Source of the DNA: an uncultured Chloroflexia bacterium
Lineage (GTDB): Bacteria; Chloroflexota; Limnocylindria; Limnocylindrales; CSP1-4
Direction: 5' to 3'
NCBI GenBank assembly: GCA_963810725.1
Contig: CAWEOO010000006.1
Coordinates: 481-64,480, forward strand
DNA length: 64,000 nucleotides
Within the stretch, counting starts at the first letter, position 1. Every line of letters begins with the position of its first letter. Below the pieces are notes generated by a model. The model saw only the letters and a list, made by a program, of their open reading frames with translations. It was not told the origin of the DNA and searched no databases. The translations under genes and the position numbers were made by a program. Shown one piece after another: positions 49,265-60,186 of this stretch.

Positions 49265-50394
49265 CGGCGGGCGTGGACGCCGGCCTGGACGGCACCCTGA
49301 CCGCGATCGCCGCGCTCGGCCCGCTGGATCCCGCCGCGATGGCGGCCGCGAGGGATCATCTCGATCGGCTCACGAAGCCGCCGGGCAGCCTGGGCCGTCT
49401 GGAGGAACTCGCCGTCGACCTGGCCGGCATCACCGGGCAGCCGTCCCCCTCCATGGCCCGCCGGGCGATCGTCCTCGCGGCGGGTGACCACGGTGTCGCG
49501 GGGCGGGGGGTCTCGGCCTATCCATCGGACGTGACCGCCCAGATGCTCGCCAACTTCGTCCGCGGTGGAGCCGCCATCAATGTCCTCGCGGCGGCGGCTG
49601 GGGCGTCGCTGACCGTCGTCGATGTCGGCGTGGCGGGACCGATCGCGACGGACCCGCCCGGCCACGAGCGTGGCGGTCGCCTGATCCACGCTCGTATCCG
49701 AGCCGGGACCGCCGACATGACCGAAGGGCCGGCGATGACCCGAGTGGAGGCGTTGCGCGCGGTCGTCGTCGGCCTGGAGGTCGTTGCCGATCTGCGAGCA
49801 TCGGGCATCGACGTCGTCGGGATCGGCGACATGGGGATCGGCAACACCACGGCGGCCAGCGCCATCACGGCCGTCATGACCGGTGCGGCACCGGCCGCCG
49901 TGACCGGCCGCGGGACCGGCATCGACGACGTGACGCACCGACGCAAGATCGCCGCCATCGAGCGCGCGATCGCCCGGAACGAACCCCACCGAGCGGACCC
50001 GATCGACGTGCTCGCCGCGGTCGGCGGGCTCGAGATCGGCGCGCTGGTCGGGGTGATCCTCGGCGCCGTCGCGGGACGGGTGCCCGTGGTCCTCGATGGG
50101 TTCATCACGGGCGCGGCGGCGCTGCTGGCGGCGCGACTCGCCCCGCAGGTCGCAGAGCGGGTCATCGCGGCGCACCGGAGTGTCGAGCCAGGTCACGCGA
50201 TCGTGCTCGAGCGACTCGGCCTGCGGCCACTGCTCGACCTCGACCTTCGACTGGGGGAGGGGACCGGGGCCGCCCTGGCGCTACAGCTGGTCGACGCGGC
50301 CGTGCGGGTCCGCGACGGGATGGCGACATTCGCCTCGGCGGCCGTTTCCGGGCCGGTCGGCGGCGGCGATGCGCCCGGCGGACCATCGTCATGA
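49261..50394 (+). CDS. cobT: Nicotinate-nucleotide--dimethylbenzimidazole phosphoribosyltransferase
   Basis: GTGA overlap. 'LTKPPGSLGRLEEL', 'GDMGIGNTTAASA' and 'LDLDLRLGEGTGAALA'. Confidence 0.9.
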   Translation: MTAGVDAGLDGTLTAIAALGPLDPAAMAAARDHLDRLTKPPGSLGRLEELAVDLAGITGQPSPSMARRAIVLAAGDHGVAGRGVSAYPSDVTAQMLANFVRGGAAINVLAAAAGASLTVVDVGVAGPIATDPPGHERGGRLIHARIRAGTADMTEGPAMTRVEALRAVVVGLEVVADLRASGIDVVGIGDMGIGNTTAASAITAVMTGAAPAAVTGRGTGIDDVTHRRKIAAIERAIARNEPHRADPIDVLAAVGGLEIGALVGVILGAVAGRVPVVLDGFITGAAALLAARLAPQVAERVIAAHRSVEPGHAIVLERLGLRPLLDLDLRLGEGTGAALALQLVDAAVRVRDGMATFASAAVSGPVGGGDAPGGPSS

Positions 50395-50985
50395 CCGACA
50401 TCGTGCTCATCCGCCACGCGTCGACCAGCTGGACGGGGCGCCGCTATTGCGGGCGCAGTGACCCGCCGTTGAGCGTGACCGGACGCGCGGCTGCCAAGTC
50501 GCTCGCCGCTGCCCTCGCGCCCACCCTCGGGCGGGACGTCCTGCTCCTGACCAGCCCATCGCGTCGCGCGCGTCAGACCGCCGCGGTCATCGCGGCCGCC
50601 GCGGGGATCGCCGACATCGAGGTCGACGAGCAATGGCACGAAACCGACTTCGGGATCGCCGAAGGTCGCACGTTCGATGAGCTCGCCGCCCTCGAGCCGG
50701 ATCTCGCCGACGCCCTGGCCAGCGGCGCGACCACCGTCGACTGGCCGGGAGGCGAGACCGCAGCCGAACTCGAGGCGCGGATCACGGCCGCCTGGACGGC
50801 GCTCGTGGCGCGGGCGCGTCCCGCCGCGGTGGTCTCGCACGCCGGGGCGTTGCGACACGCCGAGGCCCTCGTCCGGCTCGGTACCGGTCGGGGCCGTTGC
50901 GTTCCTGGAGCCGGCGACTTCGGTCCGCGTGGAGGCCCGCCCCGAGCCGGCAGAATCGGCCCGCGTGCTACCCTCCCGTCCGTGA
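50391..50985 (+). pseudogene. cobC: Alpha-ribazole phosphatase / histidine phosphatase family with a frame break at ~50885
   Basis: ATGA overlap with cobT. 'IVLIRHASTSW' is the RH catalytic motif, and 'VVSHAGALRHA' follows. The last ~35 aa are in the frame of ORF 50677. Confidence 0.75.
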
Positions 50986-51702
50986 CGCGACGTCGTTCGA
51001 AGGCGCCGGCGGGTAGCCGCCCGGCCCGTCGCCGGACCATTGCCTGGCTGCTCCTGCCGGTCCTTGTGGCCTTCCTCGCCGCCGGCTGCATCGGGCAGGA
51101 CGAAGTCACAAACACACCCTCGCCAACTCCGACCGCCAGTCCGACGGCGGCCGCCCCATCGGCCGAGCCGAGCCCCACTCTTCGAGGCAACGCCCGCACC
51201 TACCGCCACCCCGAGCGAGGCACCCACCCCGACCCCGGCGGCCCCGGGCAGCGCCGAGCCCACGCCGACCGGCGAGGCGGGATCCGCGGATGCCTGTACC
51301 GGCAACGACGACAACCGCGCGTTCTTCGCGGACGTCGCGGCCGCCTTCGCCTGGCCGGTGTATTGCGCGGTCCTGCCGGCGCGCTGGTCCGTCGAAACCG
51401 GCCGCTATCGGTCGGCCGGTGGCGGCTGGATGGAGATGTCCTACACGGGACCCGGCGGCGCCCGGTTCGAGCTGCACGAAGGCGCGTTCTGCGCCGAGGC
51501 GGACGGCTGCGTGCCGGACGGTCCGGACGCGGGCTCGGCGGCCTTCGGGGACCAGTCCGGCACGCTCGTGAGCGCCAGCGACGGCCGCCATGCGGTGGTC
51601 GTCGATCGCGGCGATCAGATCAGCTGGCTCGCGATCGGCGACGGCCTGGACGTCGAAGTCCTCAAGGACTTGGCCGCCGCCCTGGTGCGCGTCGAGGAGT
51701 AG
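50982..51702 (+). pseudogene. Lipoprotein of unknown function with a frame break at ~51185
   Basis: GTGA overlap with cobC. Lipobox 'VLVAFLAAGCIG' and a PT-rich linker. The C-terminal domain 'WSVETGRYRSAGGGWMEMSYTGPGGARFELHEG' is in the frame of ORF 51040. Confidence 0.55.
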
Positions 51703-51984
51703 CGCTCCGCCCTGAGCGTGCCCGTGCGGAGTCACCGCGTCGAGGAGCAGCGCGTCGCCTTGGCCCTCCCGCGTCCGGAGTCGCCGCGTCGGGGTGCCCG
51801 CGTCGACGGGCATTTGGCATGCACGCGCCGTGTGATTGCTATGAGCTGGGCCCGCGTGCGCGGTGCGATTCAGTCTCCGATCCGGGGACCTACCACCGAC
51901 CCTGGTACGGCATGCCACGAATCCGTGGTCCTGCCGGCCGATCCGGTCCTCGCCCGGCGATACCACTCACACCATTCGTGAATG

Positions 51985-52932
51985 TCACGAATCCCGCGTA
52001 GCGGCTCCCGGGGCGCCCAGCGCGGCCGCCGCCAATGCCGCCACCGCGCCGACGGTCTTCTCGAGATCCCGGCCCGCGACAGCCATCGCCGCGGTCGCGC
52101 CGAACCCGATGACCGGTGCGCCGCTCGCGGCGATGACACGGATCGATTGGATGGCGGTGCCCAGCGACAACCCATCCGGCTCGGGCATGGCCACGGCCCA
52201 GCCCTCGGCGCCGTCGAGGACGTCGAGGTCCACCGCGATGTACCACCCGTCGATCCGGCCCGCGACAGCGGAGCTCCAGCCTTCCACCGCGGCTCGCCCG
52301 GCTTCGTCCGACAGCATCCCCGCACCGAAGGTCGCGATCCCGCTCGCCGCGAGCATCCGGGACTCCGTCTCGTCCAGGACCTGGCCGCCGAACAACCCCG
52401 CGTCCGCCTGACGCACCGTCGGGCCCTCCACGGCGGCGACCAGGCCGGGGTCGCCCCGGCCGCAGGCCATCGCGAACGGCATGCCCCATACGTTGCCTGA
52501 GGGCGTCGTCTCGGGCGTGTTGAAGTCGCCGTGCGCATCGAACCAGGCAAGCCCGAGGCGGATCCCCGGTCGTGCCCGCCGGATCCCGGCCAGGGCACCT
52601 GCGTGGGACGTGCAGTCACCACCCAGGACGAGCAGCCGCGCCCCGTCACCACCGGCCGTCAGCGCCGCGTCCATGTGACCCGCCAGCCTCGGCAGGTAGT
52701 CCAGCAGCAGCGCGCGGTTCTTCATCCGCGGATCGGGATCGGGCGCCCAACCTGGATCGTTGGGGGCGTCTCCATGGTCCCGGAACGACGTTCCCGAGAA
52801 GGCGGGCTCCGCGGCCAGCCGCTCGAGCAGACCGCGGGCCCGCAACTCCACGGGCCCGCGGTCCATGCCCGCGAAATGGCCGCCGAGCGCCGTGGGCGAC
52901 CCGGCGACGACGATGGGGGCGTGGCTGGTCAT
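51985..52932 (-). CDS. Arginase/agmatinase/formiminoglutamase family protein (atypical GGDC motif)
   Basis: Start 'MTSHAPIVV'. 'VLGGDCTSH' (family consensus GGDHS), 'WFDAHGDFNTP' (DAHxD) and 'AVDLDVLDG' (DxDxxD). Confidence 0.75.
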   Translation of the reverse strand: MTSHAPIVVAGSPTALGGHFAGMDRGPVELRARGLLERLAAEPAFSGTSFRDHGDAPNDPGWAPDPDPRMKNRALLLDYLPRLAGHMDAALTAGGDGARLLVLGGDCTSHAGALAGIRRARPGIRLGLAWFDAHGDFNTPETTPSGNVWGMPFAMACGRGDPGLVAAVEGPTVRQADAGLFGGQVLDETESRMLAASGIATFGAGMLSDEAGRAAVEGWSSAVAGRIDGWYIAVDLDVLDGAEGWAVAMPEPDGLSLGTAIQSIRVIAASGAPVIGFGATAAMAVAGRDLEKTVGAVAALAAAALGAPGAATRDS

Positions 52933-52973
52933 CGTCGGAGCATAGCCACCGTCGCGTCCGCCATCATGCCGAC

Positions 52974-54098
52974 ATGCGGATCGACGACTTCGCGCTGGAG
53001 CGCTACTTCGCCCGCTGGGAGTTCGCCGTCGAGCACGTGCTCTGCGCGTCGGACGTGCAGGGCTATCCGATGCACGACGTGCTGGCCCTGGCCGACGATG
53101 AGACACGGGCCCTGTGGGACCGCCTGACCCTGGGCTACGCGGAGTCGAGCGGCCATCCCCTGTTGCGCCGCGAGATCGCCGCGCTGTACGCCGACCTCGA
53201 ACCCGACGACGTCCTCGTCTTCGCCGGGGCGGAGGAGGGGATCTTCTGCCTGGTCAACGTCCTGCTGGGACCGGGCGACCATGCCGTCGTGTCGTGGCCT
53301 GGCTACCAGAGCCTCTACGAGATCGCCCGCGCCGCTGGCGCGGACGTCACCCTGCACGAGCTTCGGGAGGATCGCGGGTGGGCGCTCGATCTCGATCTCC
53401 TCCGCCGGCAGGTCACGCCTGCCACGAAGCTCATCGTCGTGAATGCTCCGCACAACCCCACCGGGATGCTGCCGGACCGTGCGACCTTCGATGGTCTCGT
53501 GGCCATCGCCGAGGACGCCGGCGCCCACCTCCTGGTGGACGAGGTCTATCGATACCTGGAGTTCGACGAGGACGATCGGCTGCCCGCGGCCGCCGATGCG
53601 ACGCCACGTGGGGTCTCGCTCGGCGTCATGTCGAAATCCTTCGCGATGGCCGGCCTGCGCATCGGCTGGCTCGCCACACACGACCGTGACTTGCTCGAAC
53701 GCTGCGCGTCGTTCAAGGACTACACGACGATCTGCGCCTCGGCGCCCTCGGAGATCCTGGCGCTCATCGGGCTGCGCGCGCGGGACACGGTCCTGGCCCG
53801 GTCGCGCGGGATCGTGGCCGCGAACATGGAGCGTCTCGACACGTTCTTCGAGGACTGGGCCGACCGCTTCACCTGGGTCCGCCCGAGGGCTGGATCCGTC
53901 GGGTTCCCGCGGCTCACCGTCCCCGGTGTCGAGATCGACGCCTGGGCGGCCGGACTGGTCGAAACGGAGGGCGTCCTGTTGCTTCCGGGTTCGCAGTTCG
54001 GGTTCGGTGGCAATCACTTCCGGCTGGGTTTCGGGCGAACGGACCTGCCCGAAGCCCTGGAACGATTGGAGGCGCACGCGACGCAGACGCTTCGCTGA
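52974..54098 (+). CDS. Class I/II PLP-dependent aminotransferase
   Basis: 'NAPHNPTG' and PLP-lysine motif 'MSKSFAMAGLRIGW'. ATG at 52974 lies within the longer tracked ORF. Confidence 0.85.
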   Translation: MRIDDFALERYFARWEFAVEHVLCASDVQGYPMHDVLALADDETRALWDRLTLGYAESSGHPLLRREIAALYADLEPDDVLVFAGAEEGIFCLVNVLLGPGDHAVVSWPGYQSLYEIARAAGADVTLHELREDRGWALDLDLLRRQVTPATKLIVVNAPHNPTGMLPDRATFDGLVAIAEDAGAHLLVDEVYRYLEFDEDDRLPAAADATPRGVSLGVMSKSFAMAGLRIGWLATHDRDLLERCASFKDYTTICASAPSEILALIGLRARDTVLARSRGIVAANMERLDTFFEDWADRFTWVRPRAGSVGFPRLTVPGVEIDAWAAGLVETEGVLLLPGSQFGFGGNHFRLGFGRTDLPEALERLEAHATQTLR

Positions 54099-54235
54099 CC
54101 CATTCGAGCCGCAGCGCCACAAGCTGCTCGGCCGGTCGCCGAGGACGCGGATCACGGGCCGGCTGAGTGATCGACATCCGCGACGGCCGGATCGGCGACA
54201 GGTCCGGCTGAGCGGAGGTCCGTCGGGGGTGGGCG

Positions 54236-54757
54236 TCAGCGCCGGTCGCCGCCCAGGCCCTTGAGCAGGTCGTCGAGCCCCGCCGTCCCGGCGCTGCCCG
54301 GTGCCCCCGTGGATCCTGCGCTGGCCGCGCCACCGAGCAGCCCGCCCAGCAAGCCACCGAGGTCGGGCAGGCCGCCCTGACCGGCGGCGCTGTCCAGGCC
54401 GCCTGGGGGCGCCGACCCGTTCGGGGTCAGCATGTCGATGATCTGGGGCAGGAACATCGCCAGCAGCGGCAGGAGCGCGCCGATGTCGATGCCGGAACCG
54501 GCGGACAGCTGCTGGACGGTGTCGGGGCCGAGCGCCTCGCCAAGACGCTGCGGGTCCACCGGCTTGTTCGTCCCGGTGGAGACCCACGAGTCGACCTCGC
54601 TCCCCAGTCCGCCGTCGCGGAGCTTGCCCATCAAGCCGTCCAGGCCGCCGGTCCCCTCGATCGCGCCGGTCAGTCCTGCCAAGGGATCGTTGGGTACTCC
54701 ACCGGTGGCACCACCGGCGCCGCCCAGGCTCGTGGACCGATTCGAAAGGTCGTCCAT
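54236..54757 (-). CDS. YidB/DUF937 family protein
   Basis: RBS GGTGGAGGAAC. 'VDSWVSTGTNKPVDPQRLGEALGPDTVQQLSAGSGIDIGALLPLLAMFLPQIIDMLTP' with Gly-rich flanks. Confidence 0.7.
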   Translation of the reverse strand: MDDLSNRSTSLGGAGGATGGVPNDPLAGLTGAIEGTGGLDGLMGKLRDGGLGSEVDSWVSTGTNKPVDPQRLGEALGPDTVQQLSAGSGIDIGALLPLLAMFLPQIIDMLTPNGSAPPGGLDSAAGQGGLPDLGGLLGGLLGGAASAGSTGAPGSAGTAGLDDLLKGLGGDRR

Positions 54758-54852
54758 CGTGGTTCCTCCACCCGATGCGGCACCGGGGATATGGGTCTGG
54801 GGGGCGTCGATGGTACGCCGTCGTGCGCCGGAGCCGTGCTGGACGCGCGGCC

Positions 54853-55953
54853 TCAGCCCTCGTCGGGCAGTGGGTCGATCGCGCCGGTCGGGGCGTCGGC
54901 CGCGGGCACATCCGGCGCCGTATCGCCCGTCGGCAGGTCCCATGGCCACGTCTTGAGCCGCCGGAGCAGCCGGCGGCCGGTCAGGTCCAGGTGGATCGGC
55001 GTGATCGCGATCCGCCGGTTGATGACGGCGTGGTAGTCGGTCCCAGGCACCGCGAGGCCGGACGGTGGTGGGCCGCCGATCCAGAAATAGGGGATGCCCC
55101 GTGGATCGCGTCGTTCGACGAGCTGGTCGGAGTACACCCGCCGGCCGAGGCGGGTGACCTCGAACCCGCCGGACTCCTCGAGCGTGGCGGCCGGGACGTT
55201 GACGTTGATGAGCTCGCCGCGCGAGAGACCCTCGGTCAGGATGTTGCGCGCGACGACCGCTGCGGCGTACCCGGCGAGCGAGAAATCGGGGTGCTCGTAG
55301 TACTCCTGCGAGATCGCGAAGGCCGGGCAGTTGTTGATGACGGCCTCCATCGCGGCGCTGACCGTGCCCGAATAGGTGATGTCGTCGCCGAGGTTCGCGC
55401 CGTAGTTGATGCCCGCGGCGACGAGGTCGAAGCCGTGATCGAAGTAGCCGAGGAAGGCGAGGCTGACCGCATCGGTCGGTGAGCCATCCACCGAGTACGC
55501 GGGCGAGCCGTCGGCCAGGATCCGCTCGCGCACGCGCAATGGCCGCATCAGCGTCTTCTGGTGGCCGACCGCGCTCTGGTTCGTGTCGGGCGCGACGACG
55601 GTCACGTCCCCGATCGGCTCGAGCGCCTGCTTCAGTGCGAGAAGGCCGCGCGACTCGACCCCGTCGTCGTTCGTCACGAGGATCCGCGGCCGACTCGTGT
55701 ACGACGGCACCGGTCGCGATGGGGTCCGCAGCGCCCGCGGTCCGCCGCGGGCCGTGCCGCCGGCCAGCGGCTCGCCGCGCTCCAGGTCAACGTCCCGTCG
55801 CTCCGAACGGGCGCGCTCGCGGGTCATGTCCGGGAGCTCGGCCTTGCGCGGCTTGGCCTCCTCGGCCTTGCCGTCGTTCACCCCGTCGTCGCCGGACTTG
55901 CCGTCGTCGCCGGCCTTGCCATCCTCCGGGCGGCGCCCCTCCTCGTCGCTCAC
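54853..55953 (-). CDS. surE: 5'/3'-nucleotidase SurE with a ~95 aa charged N-terminal extension
   Basis: 'RILVTNDDGVESRGL', 'PDTNQSAVG' and 'GINYGANLGDDITYSGTV'. The GTG start at 55953 is in a GTGA overlap with the upstream permease stop. Confidence 0.85.
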   Translation of the reverse strand: MSDEEGRRPEDGKAGDDGKSGDDGVNDGKAEEAKPRKAELPDMTRERARSERRDVDLERGEPLAGGTARGGPRALRTPSRPVPSYTSRPRILVTNDDGVESRGLLALKQALEPIGDVTVVAPDTNQSAVGHQKTLMRPLRVRERILADGSPAYSVDGSPTDAVSLAFLGYFDHGFDLVAAGINYGANLGDDITYSGTVSAAMEAVINNCPAFAISQEYYEHPDFSLAGYAAAVVARNILTEGLSRGELINVNVPAATLEESGGFEVTRLGRRVYSDQLVERRDPRGIPYFWIGGPPPSGLAVPGTDYHAVINRRIAITPIHLDLTGRRLLRRLKTWPWDLPTGDTAPDVPAADAPTGAIDPLPDEG

Positions 55954-57141
55954 GGCTCGACGACGTCGGTCGCCTGCCCGGGCACGGGCTCGCGCGGCAC
56001 CCGCACCGGTCGACCCTCACGTTCGCTGAGGCGTTTGGCGGCGCGGCCCGTGACCGACCGATCGCCCGAGGTCCGATGGAGGAAGTGGAAGAAGAACGCA
56101 GAGGCCACGGCCGCGATCGGGATGCCAAAGATCGCGCCGGGGATGCCGGCGATCCTCGAGCCGATGAGGACCGATCCGAGGACGACGATGGGGTGGATGC
56201 CGACCGCCCCCTGCATGATGCGGGGCTGGAGCACGTTCATGACGATCATCCAGCCGGTGCCCATGATCACGAGCGTGGGCACCAGTGCCTCGGGCTTGAA
56301 GATCAGGGCCGCGATGACGGGCGGCGCCCAGGCCAGGAACGGCCCGAAGAACGGGATCGCCATCAGCAGGCCGGCGGCGGTCGATGTCAGCGCCTCGAGC
56401 GGCAGCCCGAGCAGCAGGCTCGTCGTCATCGCGACCGCGAAGTAGACGATGCCCATGAGCGCTTGCCCGCGCAGGAACCCGCCGAACGAACGGGCGACCG
56501 AGGTCTGCAGCAGCCTAGCCTCCTCCGCGTAACTCGGCGGGACGAGGCGGAAGATGAACGCCAGGATCGCGTCGCGATCGATGACCATGTAGATCGAGAG
56601 GATGAACACGATGAGCATGGTCCCGATCGCACCGACGCTGGCCACCGCGATCGACTGGAGCGGCGACGATCAGTTGGGCGGCGATCACGTCGAGGTTGTC
56701 GAGGATCGCGAGCGCCTGCGCCGCGAGATCGATCTGCCCCAGGCCGATGCTCGTGAGCCAGCCCTGCAACGGTCCGACGATCGTGCCGATGTCTCCGCGG
56801 ATCCGCGGCAGCGAGGCGATGAATTGCGAGATCGAGTCCGAGAGGGCCTGGGCCACGACCAGCACGATGACGACCAAGACTACGACGATCGCGCTGTAGA
56901 CGAGAACCGTGGCCAGGACGCGGGGCAAGCGTGGGATCAGGGCGACGATCCGCGTCACGATCGGGCTGATGATGAAGGCGAGCAGCCAGGCCAGGAAGAA
57001 CGTGAGGAGGGTGTCGCCGAAGAAGCCGACCGCGGCTGCGGCCATGCTGACCGCGGCGAAGAACAGGACGATCGTCCCGAGCACGAGGATCGCCGTGAGG
57101 AGACGGCGTTCGCGACTACGTGGCCCGAGGGCGTCGATCAT
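55950..57141 (-). pseudogene. AI-2E family transporter (PerM/UPF0118) with a frame break at ~56650
   Basis: The N-terminal half is ORF 56515-57141 and the C-terminal half is ORF 55950-56645 ('FGGFLRGQALMGIVYF', 'PFFGPFLAWAPPVI', 'HPIVVLGSVLIG'). Confidence 0.8.
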
Positions 57142-57150
57142 GGCGGAAGG

Positions 57151-58170
57151 CTACCGCAGCCCCACCTTCTCGCGGACCTCGGCCATCGTCGCCTCGGCGA
57201 TCGGGCGGGCACGTTCAGCGCCGTCCTCGAGGATTCGCGCGATGCTGGCCGGATCGGCCATCAGCTCCGTATAGCGCTCGCGGGCCGGGGCGTAGTGGCG
57301 GGTGATCCGCTCCGCCAGCAGCTTCTTGGTGTCGACACAGCCGGTCCGGGCGGTTCGCTCTCCGTCCCAGATGTCCTCGAAGTCGTCACCGAAGAAGCGG
57401 TGCAGCTGGCACACGTTGCAGACCTCGGGCCGGCCCGGATCCGTGCGCAGGATGCGCTTCGTGTCCGTGACCATGCTCATGACCTGGCGGGTGATGACGT
57501 CGGGCGGCGCGAGGATGTCGATGGTGTTGCCCAGCGACTTGCTCATCTTCTTGACCCCGTCCGTGCCCAGGACGATGGGCGCCTCGGTATGCACGGCCTG
57601 GGGCTCGGGGAACGTGTCGCCGTACAGCGTGTTGAACCGGCGCACGATCTCGCGTGAGAGCTCGAGGTGGGCGGCCTGGTCCTTGCCGACCGGCACGAGG
57701 GAGGCCTTGTAGATGACGATGTCGGCGGCCTGCAGCACGGGATAGCTCAAGAGCCCGTGATTGAGGTCGTCGGGCTGGTTCTGCTTCTTCTCCTTGTACG
57801 TCGGGGTGCGCTCCAGCCAGCTGACCGGGGTGACGGTCATGAGCAGCCAGGCCAGCTCGGCGACCTCGGGTCGATCGCTCTGCACGAACAGGATGCAGCG
57901 GCCCGGGTCGAGCCCGAGGGCGATGAGCGTCGCAGCCATCTCGCGGGTCCGGGCCCGGAGCGCCTCCGGATCGTGCAGGCTCGTGAGCGCGTGGTAGTCC
58001 ACGATGCAGTAGAGGGCCTCGTACTCCCACTGCATCTTCACGTAGTTGCGGATCGCGCCGAGGTCGTTGCCCAGATGGGGCGCTCCGGACGGCTGGATCC
58101 CGGAGAAGATGCGCGGTCGCGGAGAGGGCGCGGCGACCGGCGCAGGGGCAGGGGCGATCTCGGTCGTCAT
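57151..58170 (-). CDS. trpS: Tryptophan--tRNA ligase
   Basis: HIGH-type 'GIQPSGAPHLGN' and 'KMSKS'. I prefer the start at 'MTTEIAP' (58170) over the tracked 58413 start, but no good SD is visible. Confidence 0.9.
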   Translation of the reverse strand: MTTEIAPAPAPVAAPSPRPRIFSGIQPSGAPHLGNDLGAIRNYVKMQWEYEALYCIVDYHALTSLHDPEALRARTREMAATLIALGLDPGRCILFVQSDRPEVAELAWLLMTVTPVSWLERTPTYKEKKQNQPDDLNHGLLSYPVLQAADIVIYKASLVPVGKDQAAHLELSREIVRRFNTLYGDTFPEPQAVHTEAPIVLGTDGVKKMSKSLGNTIDILAPPDVITRQVMSMVTDTKRILRTDPGRPEVCNVCQLHRFFGDDFEDIWDGERTARTGCVDTKKLLAERITRHYAPARERYTELMADPASIARILEDGAERARPIAEATMAEVREKVGLR

Positions 58171-58494
58171 CAGCGAGCGGAGTGTAGCCGACGGCACATC
58201 GCCGGACGTGCACGCCACCGAACGACGCGGACGCCAGCGGCGGCCCGGCCCGCGGGACCCGGTCACGACTTGCAATGGACCTGCAATCTCTGGGGCGGTC
58301 GCCGGGATAGAGCCGACACCCGTGCCGCGGTTGCATCGCCCCAAGCCCGATTCGTTGTCGCCACGGTCCCCCCAACGATCGACAGGAGGTGCATCCGTCA
58401 CTCCAGCTCGCACCTCCGCGCGGCTACCCCACGCCGCGCGTGCCCGACCGAGTTTGGTTCGCCCGCCAGCGGGCGACCTGTTGGAGGAAATGCG

Positions 58495-59953
<1,459 letters not shown>

Positions 59954-59962
59954 GTCCAGTCA

Positions 59963-60004
59963 GACGAACGCCGCCCCTGGCCACGTGCCCGGGGCGGCTT
60001 CGTC
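59963..60004 (+). terminator. Long GC hairpin 10 nt after the MFS stop
   Basis: GACGAACGCCGCCCC pairs with GGGGCGGCTTCGTC (14 bp, one bulge), with extra GGC/GCC pairs in the loop. There is no U-tract. Confidence 0.45.
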
Positions 60005-60186
60005 GTCGCAAGAGCCGACGGCCCTACGCGCGAGACGCGTTCCCGGAGTCAACGCCGGGACGCTAGTCGCGGGATGCGGGCAGCCTCCCTGCCCGCTTGA
60101 CCGGGGCACCGCGAGGCTCCATCGCCCGCCGATGACGGCCGACCCAGCGATGAGCGCCGCATGCCGTCGACTACCATTCGCAGGCG

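Noticed and set aside
51810-51826. TTGGCATGCACG as a sigma-54 -24/-12 promoter.
   Set aside because: The -12 TTGC element is absent at the required spacing, and no downstream gene is oriented to use it.
58171-58413. A possible T-box riboswitch or Trp leader peptide upstream of trpS, together with the tracked longer trpS ORF starting at 58413.
   Set aside because: I found no GGUGGNACCGCG T-box sequence, no recognisable Stem I or specifier loop, and no tandem Trp codons in a short ORF. The in-frame upstream extension has no TrpRS-like sequence.
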